NCBI GenBank assembly: GCA_965219455.1
Contig: OZ244744.1
Location: 1,184,001-1,248,000, forward strand
From: Candidatus Latescibacterota bacterium
Lineage (GTDB): Bacteria > Latescibacterota > UBA2968 > GCA-2709665
DNA length: 64,000 bases
Direction: 5' to 3'
Position numbers and translations under genes: made by a program. The notes beneath the pieces were generated by a model. The model did not search any database, was not told the origin of the DNA, and saw only the letters and a list, made by a program, of their open reading frames with translations. Below, one piece after another: positions 58,200 to 64,000 of the stretch (its first letter is position 1; each line of letters starts with the position of its first letter).

Positions 58200-58517
58200 A
58201 TGCGCGGCATCTTCTCCATTCTATTTCGCCTGCCCCAATACATCAGACTCTCCTGGCGCCTGATGAAAGACCCGCGTGTGCCATGGTATAGCAAACTGCT
58301 GGTCTTTCTCATCATACTCTATGGGATATCTCCGGTGGATCTGTTGCCGGAAGCGTTGTTCCCACACCTGGGCTATGGCGAAGATATCCTGTTGTTCCTG
58401 CTGGCGATCCAGCAACTGATCAGAAGCAGCCCGCCGGATGTTGTCACCGGGCACGCCAGTGATATTGCGAAGAAAAAACGTCGCGGTGAAGAAAACGGTC
58501 CAGGCGCGGCGACGTGA
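58200..58517 (+). CDS. DUF1232/YkvA membrane protein
   Basis: DPRVPWYSK, YGISPVDLLPE..LGYGED. Confidence 0.85.
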   Translation: MRGIFSILFRLPQYIRLSWRLMKDPRVPWYSKLLVFLIILYGISPVDLLPEALFPHLGYGEDILLFLLAIQQLIRSSPPDVVTGHASDIAKKKRRGEENGPGAAT

Positions 58518-58535
58518 TATTGAACCCGTAGATCC

Positions 58536-59624
58536 ATGAATGTGAACCCGACAAAACGTGCGGCGATTAAACGAAGCCTGCTCGCCTGGTATCGACGAGA
58601 GAAGCGGGATCTTCCGTGGCGGGATGCGACTGATCCATACCACGTCCTGCTCTCCGAGTTCATGCTTCAGCAGACACAGGTCAAAACCGTCATACCGTAT
58701 TACAGGCGTTTCCTGAGAGATTTCCCCACGGTGCAGGACCTCGCCCGAACGCCGCATGATCGCGTTCTCAAGGCCTGGGAGGGCCTCGGATACTATACGC
58801 GCGCCCGAAATCTGCACCGAACGGCTCAGTACATCGTGGACAGATTCAACGGCACCGTGCCCGATGTCTATGACGATCTCTCCTCCCTGCCCGGTTTCGG
58901 CCCGTATACCACGGCCGCGGTCCTGAGTATCGCCTACGACCGGGATTACGCCGTACTCGACGGTAACGTCATTCGCGTTCTCTGCCGCCTCTTCGATATT
59001 CAGGACGATATCGCACAGACCCGCACCAGAACGCATCTCCAGAAACTGGCCGACAAGCTGCTGCACAGCGGCGACGCCGGCGAGTACAACCAGGCGATCA
59101 TGGAACTGGGCGCAACGGTCTGCCGCCCGCGAGCCCCCCGCTGCAGTTCCTGTCCGATCGACGAACATTGCGCCGCGTTTCAAGCCGGGACCGCGGAATC
59201 GCTCCCGGTCAGAGCCCCGAGGAAACCGCGTCCCCACCACATCCTGGGGGTGGGAATCGTATCCTGGAAAAACAAATTCCTGATCGCCCGCCGGCCGGAA
59301 ACCGGCCTTCTCGGGGGGCTCTGGGAATTTCCCTCGGCCCGTCAGTTGCAAGACGAGGCCCTGAGCGACACCTGCATTCGCGCCGTACGCGAGGCAACCT
59401 GTGTCGACGCGGCGGTTCGGAACCGGTTCAGAACCGTCAGACACGGCTTCACCCACTTCAGCGTGACCATGCATGCCTTTCAATGCGAGTACAGAGGCGG
59501 CAAAGCCCGCGCGGGCAACTGTTCGGACGTAAGATGGGTCCCACCGGACATTCTCGGAGACTACGCTTTTTCCCGGGCGAACCGGAAACTCATCGAATTC
59601 ATGGACCGGACGGAACTCCTATGA
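58536..59624 (+). CDS. mutY: A/G-specific adenine glycosylase
   Basis: RDLPWR, SEFMLQQTQV, WEGLGYY, LDGNVIRV, 4Fe-4S Cys cluster, GGLWEFP. Confidence 0.97.
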   Translation: MNVNPTKRAAIKRSLLAWYRREKRDLPWRDATDPYHVLLSEFMLQQTQVKTVIPYYRRFLRDFPTVQDLARTPHDRVLKAWEGLGYYTRARNLHRTAQYIVDRFNGTVPDVYDDLSSLPGFGPYTTAAVLSIAYDRDYAVLDGNVIRVLCRLFDIQDDIAQTRTRTHLQKLADKLLHSGDAGEYNQAIMELGATVCRPRAPRCSSCPIDEHCAAFQAGTAESLPVRAPRKPRPHHILGVGIVSWKNKFLIARRPETGLLGGLWEFPSARQLQDEALSDTCIRAVREATCVDAAVRNRFRTVRHGFTHFSVTMHAFQCEYRGGKARAGNCSDVRWVPPDILGDYAFSRANRKLIEFMDRTELL

Positions 59625-59646
59625 CTCTCTAATTGAAAGTACGACC

Positions 59647-60384
59647 ATGTCACAAACGTTTATGGACCTCACCGGCCGCGTAGCCCTCGTCACCGGCGCC
59701 GCCAGGGGCATCGGATCCGCCATCGCCGAACGCCTGGCCACCGCAGGCGCAACGGTCGCTATCGCGGACATCGACCCGGCCACTGCCGGATCTTCCACCA
59801 TCAGCCTGGTCCTGAAGGCAGATGTCTCCAGCAGCGAAGACGTCACCCGCATGGTGAATACCGTGCTGGAACGCCTGGGGCAGATCGATATCCTGGTCAA
59901 TAACGCCGGCGTTGTGGGTCCGGAGGCGCCCGTGCGGGATCTGGGCGAAGCGGACTGGGATCGTGTATTGAACACCAACCTCAAGGGCGTCTTCCTCTGC
60001 TCGCGCGCGGTCATTGGACACATGGTGGAACGCAGCCAGGGCGCAATCGTATCCATCGCCTCAATCTCGGGCAAAGAAGGAAACGCCAACATGGCGGCAT
60101 ACTCGGTCTCCAAAGCCGGTGTCATCTGTTTTACCAAGACGCTGGCCAAAGAGGTGCTCGACCACAACATCCGTGTCAACTGCGTCGCGCCCGCACTCAT
60201 CGAAACCGAGATGACCCTGAGCCTGGATCCGGAACGGGCCGCCTTTCTGACATCCAAAATACCGATGGGCCGCCTCGGCAAACCCGACGAGGTCGCCGCA
60301 CTCGTACACTTTCTGGCCTCCGATGAAGCCACCTTTACAACGGGGCAGTGTTATGACGTCAGCGGCGGACGGGCCACGTATTAA
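59647..60384 (+). CDS. Short-chain dehydrogenase/reductase (FabG-like)
   Basis: TGAARGIG, NNAG, YSVSK. Confidence 0.93.
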   Translation: MSQTFMDLTGRVALVTGAARGIGSAIAERLATAGATVAIADIDPATAGSSTISLVLKADVSSSEDVTRMVNTVLERLGQIDILVNNAGVVGPEAPVRDLGEADWDRVLNTNLKGVFLCSRAVIGHMVERSQGAIVSIASISGKEGNANMAAYSVSKAGVICFTKTLAKEVLDHNIRVNCVAPALIETEMTLSLDPERAAFLTSKIPMGRLGKPDEVAALVHFLASDEATFTTGQCYDVSGGRATY

Positions 60385-60410
60385 ACGGAATTCCCAAATG
60401 GGAGAATAGT

Positions 60411-60440
60411 GAAGGCCCGGACAGACGTCCGGGCCTTTCT
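60411..60440. terminator. Likely bidirectional terminator hairpin
   Basis: AAGGCCCGGAC-AGAC-GTCCGGGCCTT between convergent genes. Confidence 0.7.
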
Positions 60441-60473
60441 GTGTTGAACCTATGCCTGTCTTCACACCCTTTG

Positions 60474-60638
60474 CTAACCCAGCGGTCGTGCGGTCCAGAC
60501 GTCACGCATATAGACAATGAGAGCGGCAAACAAAGTAACCACAATCGCAATACCTACCGCCAGAAGAACCAGAAAAATCCTCGAAGGAGGCCTCCTGGGG
60601 TCGCCTGGCGGATACGATTTGAAAGGATCGGGGTCCAT
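60474..60638 (-). CDS. 54-aa single-pass membrane protein
   Basis: MDPDPFKSYPPGDPRRPPSRIFLVLLAVGIAIVVTLFAALIVYMRDVWTARPLG; GAAAGGG upstream; below the ORF-track cutoff. Confidence 0.6.
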   Translation of the reverse strand: MDPDPFKSYPPGDPRRPPSRIFLVLLAVGIAIVVTLFAALIVYMRDVWTARPLG

Positions 60639-60731
60639 CGCGCCCTTTCAGGTTCCAGTTTCGCTCCGGCGACGGAAGGTTTCCCGCACCACGACCGGAA
60701 ACCGCCGATGGAGCGAGAGGCATTGTCGGGT

Positions 60732-61982
60732 CTACATCCTGATCGCCTCAACCGGGTCCAGCGCGGCGGCATCTCTGGCCGGGAACAGCGTAAACAGATA
60801 ACAGATCAACGCGGCGGACGCCGAGATTGCAAAAAAATCAGACACCTGCATCTCCACGGGCAGCGCCTGGGTGATCAACACGTCTCCCGGAATTTTCAGG
60901 AGCTCGAACCGCTGCTGCGTCCAGCACAGGGCAAGACCCAGCAGATTGCCCAGCAACACGCCGGACAGCCCGACAGCCAGACCCTGCCAGGTAAAAATCC
61001 GACCGATCTTCCGCGGCGGCACCCCCAGGGCCTTCAGAATGCCAATCTCCCGGCGCCTTTCCGCCACGTTCATGGTCAGCACGCTGACGATGTTGAAGCC
61101 CGCGACCACCACGATCAGCCCGATACCCAGAAAACTCGCCCACTTCTCCAGATGAATTGAAAAATACAGGTTGCCGTGGTCCCGCATCCAGGGATGCACG
61201 GCAAGCGCCGGATCCAGCCGCCCGGCTGCCTTCTCAACGACGCTGCTGATTTCCTGGGCCCTGAAGGCATCTCCGAACCGAAGGCGGACACCTGTAATCT
61301 GGCGCTCCCAACCCAGATCTCTTCGGGCAGCCATAAGCGAAACATAGGCCAATCCGCTATCGAACTCAGGGTTACCCGAACTGAAGATGCCAGTGACTAT
61401 GTAACGTCGAAACCGCGTCTGAGCGGCGAAAATCTCATGCGGCAAGATCCACAGATGCACTTCCGAGCCCACCCGTACGCCCAGTTGATCGGCCAGATAG
61501 CGCCCGATCAGAATCCCGTACATCCGCCCTCGGCCTTCCGTTTCCTGGGGGCCGAGGTCCAGAGCGCCTCCCCAGATATGGTCCGCCAGGTCGCTTACCG
61601 CCTTCAGTCCGTCCGGCGTCACGCCCCTCACCATCACACCGGCGCTATATACCTCGTCTTCAAAGGACCTGTGCAATACGGCGCCCTCCGAAGCCACAAA
61701 CGGCGAAACGGCAGCAACCTGGGGATGGGCGGCCAGGGCGGCAAGTAGCGCCTGTGGATCTTCGATCCGTTGCCCCCCTTTCTTCCTCACCGTCGCGTGT
61801 GCGTTCACTCCCAGCAACCGGTCCCATACCAGGGCCGAAAAACCGTTCGAAACCGACAAGACGATGACCAGCGCCGCCACGCCCAGGCCCACGCCCATAA
61901 CCGCCACCATCACCGTGAACGACACCCGTTTCCGGCGGCGCATGGAGCGCAGATACCGCCGCGCAATCAACAATTCATACAT
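60732..61982 (-). CDS. LolC/E-like ABC transporter permease
   Basis: IARRYL, GVGLGVAALVIVLSVSNGF, VAGFNIVS, REIGILKALG, LDPVEAIR. Confidence 0.9.
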   Translation of the reverse strand: MYELLIARRYLRSMRRRKRVSFTVMVAVMGVGLGVAALVIVLSVSNGFSALVWDRLLGVNAHATVRKKGGQRIEDPQALLAALAAHPQVAAVSPFVASEGAVLHRSFEDEVYSAGVMVRGVTPDGLKAVSDLADHIWGGALDLGPQETEGRGRMYGILIGRYLADQLGVRVGSEVHLWILPHEIFAAQTRFRRYIVTGIFSSGNPEFDSGLAYVSLMAARRDLGWERQITGVRLRFGDAFRAQEISSVVEKAAGRLDPALAVHPWMRDHGNLYFSIHLEKWASFLGIGLIVVVAGFNIVSVLTMNVAERRREIGILKALGVPPRKIGRIFTWQGLAVGLSGVLLGNLLGLALCWTQQRFELLKIPGDVLITQALPVEMQVSDFFAISASAALICYLFTLFPARDAAALDPVEAIRM

Positions 61983-62107
61983 CGCCGGTCCCCCGTCCTG
62001 GCCGCCGGGCATTGTCAGGAACCGTGGGCACGTCCCTCTGCCTGGCTATTGAGGAGACCTCGACGCAGACTGGCGCACTGCGCCCGGGGGCCGACATGCG
62101 CCAACGA

Positions 62108-63367
62108 TCACTCATAGCGGATCGCATCCACCGGATCCAGCGCGGCCGCATCCCGGGACGGAAAGAGGCTGAAGAGGTAACAGATGAGAACCGCGCACAG
62201 GGAAACCAGCCCGAAATCCTCGGGGCGCATCTCCACCGGCAACGAACTGACATAGTAGACCTCACCCGGTATGCGAATGATTTCGAACCGCTTCTGAATC
62301 CAGCACAGCGCAAACCCCAGCAAATTGCCCATCGCGATACCGGACAGGCCCACCACCAGCCCCTCGAGGGTAAAAATCCGGCCGATCCGACCCGGGATCA
62401 TTCCCATTGCCTTCAGAATTCCGATCTCCCGGCGACGATCGGTCACGTTCATCGTTAAAATACTGATTATGTTGAAGCCCCCCACCACCACTATCAGACT
62501 CAGAATCAGGAAAAAGGTCCACTTCTGCAACTGGATCAATACGTAAAAATTCCCAAAATTTCGTGTCCAGGAAGTGGCGAACAGACCGGGATAGGTCTCA
62601 CGCAGAACCTGTCTGAACGTCTCGCCGAGCCTGTCGGCTGCCATCGGATCCTGCAATCGCAGGCGAATACCGGTTACGACGTCCTGCCAACCCAGATCTC
62701 GTCTTGCGGCCGCGAGAGAAATATAGATCAGTCGGGAATCGAACTCAAAATAACCCGTATTGAAGACCCCGGTCACCCGGTAACGCTGCCACCGGCGTCC
62801 CCGGCCGCCGAGAACATCCTTCGGAACCAGACCCAGGAACACGTCGGCGCCGGGGCCAACGCCCAGCTTTTGCGCCAGGACCTGGCCCAACAGAATCCCG
62901 TGTACCGCCCGCGAACCCCCGTTCTCCCGTGGACCGAGATCTATTGTTCCTTCCTGGATATAGGTCCTGACGTCGCTCGTACGGAGAAAACCCGCCGGAT
63001 CCACACCACGCACCAGCACGCCCGACTTCACCGCCCCCTCTCCGGCGGGCTTCCGGAAGACAAACCCCTCCGCGTGGATATATGGCGACGCCGCGAGCAC
63101 TTCAGGGTGGTCTTCCAGGGTGCGGATAACCGGCTTATAATCCACAATCGGCTTGCGATAGGACTTGCGCACGGTCACGTGCGCGTTCACCCCCAGCAGA
63201 CGCTGGCGGATCATATTTGTATATCCGTTCATGACGGACATGACAATCACCAGCGATGACACACCCAGCGCCACGCCGATCGCGGCGATACATATCGTAA
63301 ATGAGATCCGCCGCCGGGCGCGCAGAGACCGGAAATGCCTGCGCGCGATCATGAACTCGAGGTTCAT
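62108..63367 (-). CDS. LolC/E-like ABC transporter permease (tandem paralog)
   Basis: IARRHF, GVALGVSSLVIVMSVMNGY, REIGILKAMG, LDPVDAIRYE. Confidence 0.9.
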   Translation of the reverse strand: MNLEFMIARRHFRSLRARRRISFTICIAAIGVALGVSSLVIVMSVMNGYTNMIRQRLLGVNAHVTVRKSYRKPIVDYKPVIRTLEDHPEVLAASPYIHAEGFVFRKPAGEGAVKSGVLVRGVDPAGFLRTSDVRTYIQEGTIDLGPRENGGSRAVHGILLGQVLAQKLGVGPGADVFLGLVPKDVLGGRGRRWQRYRVTGVFNTGYFEFDSRLIYISLAAARRDLGWQDVVTGIRLRLQDPMAADRLGETFRQVLRETYPGLFATSWTRNFGNFYVLIQLQKWTFFLILSLIVVVGGFNIISILTMNVTDRRREIGILKAMGMIPGRIGRIFTLEGLVVGLSGIAMGNLLGFALCWIQKRFEIIRIPGEVYYVSSLPVEMRPEDFGLVSLCAVLICYLFSLFPSRDAAALDPVDAIRYE

Positions 63368-63562
63368 CCGGTCCTCCAACAAGTGTCCCTTCGGCACGAC
63401 TTCGTCCATACTTCAGACAACAGTCGGAACCGCACCGCCGCCACATACAAAAAATCCCGATCTGAAAACAAGGTGCTGTTCAGGACCGGAATATACGGGC
63501 GCTTCGCCCACCCGGCGCCAAAGCCCCGGTGCGGACATCCCATTAAATTGTCGACTACGAAA

Positions 63563-64000
63563 TCAGTTCAACCCGCGCAGACGGTTTCTCAATATCGCGG
63601 CCTGTTCGTAACGCTCCTCGGCGACCGCCGTCTCAATCTGTTCGAAAAGGCTTTCCCCGGCTGGCCCAGGATGTCGCCGCCGAATCTCTTCCACCCAGTC
63701 CTCCAGCGAACGAAGCTCGTCGCTGGATTCGGGAGTCTCCGGGTCTCCGGACCCGTTCAAAAAGCACCGCATCTCCTCGATTCCCTCCCGCACCACCTCG
63801 AGCGCACCCTCGAAATCTCCGTTCTGCAAACAGATTTCTCCCTTGGATCTGGCGTGTATCATGAGCACGCACGTACGTGAACGCTCGAACTCAGACTTGA
63901 TCTCGTCATTGCCTGAATACGTCCTGACCAGATCCAGTAACGCCAGATTGTGTGTGGTGTCCCTGAGAACCCCCTCATAGTCGCCCAGGTGCAGAAGGCA
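63563..64000 (-). CDS. UvrB/UvrC-motif protein, 5' end outside the window
   Basis: Frame is open to the window edge; C-terminal AVAEERYEQAAILRN UVR motif. Confidence 0.75.
   Translation of the reverse strand, partial: CLLHLGDYEGVLRDTTHNLALLDLVRTYSGNDEIKSEFERSRTCVLMIHARSKGEICLQNGDFEGALEVVREGIEEMRCFLNGSGDPETPESSDELRSLEDWVEEIRRRHPGPAGESLFEQIETAVAEERYEQAAILRNRLRGLN

Overview
High-GC bacterial chromosomal window. Two housekeeping/catabolic flanks (1-4.5 kb and 35-64 kb) enclose a ~30 kb, visibly lower-GC defence island (~4.9-34.9 kb) with no integrase or tRNA anchor in view. The island holds, in order: (i) a nonsense-mutated DUF433-like antitoxin; (ii) a translationally coupled two-gene module I do not recognise as a named system, made of a 1763-aa protein with one intact and one degenerate STAND-like NTPase module and a 432-aa protein with a degenerate NTPase-like region and a C-terminal HEPN-type RNAVAH motif (best candidate for an undescribed system); (iii) a Type I R-M locus whose hsdS-hsdR gap carries two cargo cassettes (Vsr + C5 methylase + GHKL/MORC-histidine kinase fusion + receiver protein; and an ART-like/DUF6575-like pair) joined at an hsdR'-'hsdS scar; (iv) an HsdR with a LexA-like S24 tail; (v) decayed toxin-antitoxin-like fragments; (vi) an unannotated 59-aa Gly-rich ORF; (vii) an exonuclease-RecQ-UvrD fusion. 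The flanks carry pyrC, carA, rsfS, mtnA, aroC, mutY, two LolC/E-like permeases and a 7-gene catabolic run. Intergenic DNA is rich in REP-like palindromes, has two MITEs, and has a dispersed structured repeat with a covarying pseudoknot-like core. I saw no CRISPR array, rRNA or tRNA. All family assignments come from reading motifs by eye; no database searches were run.
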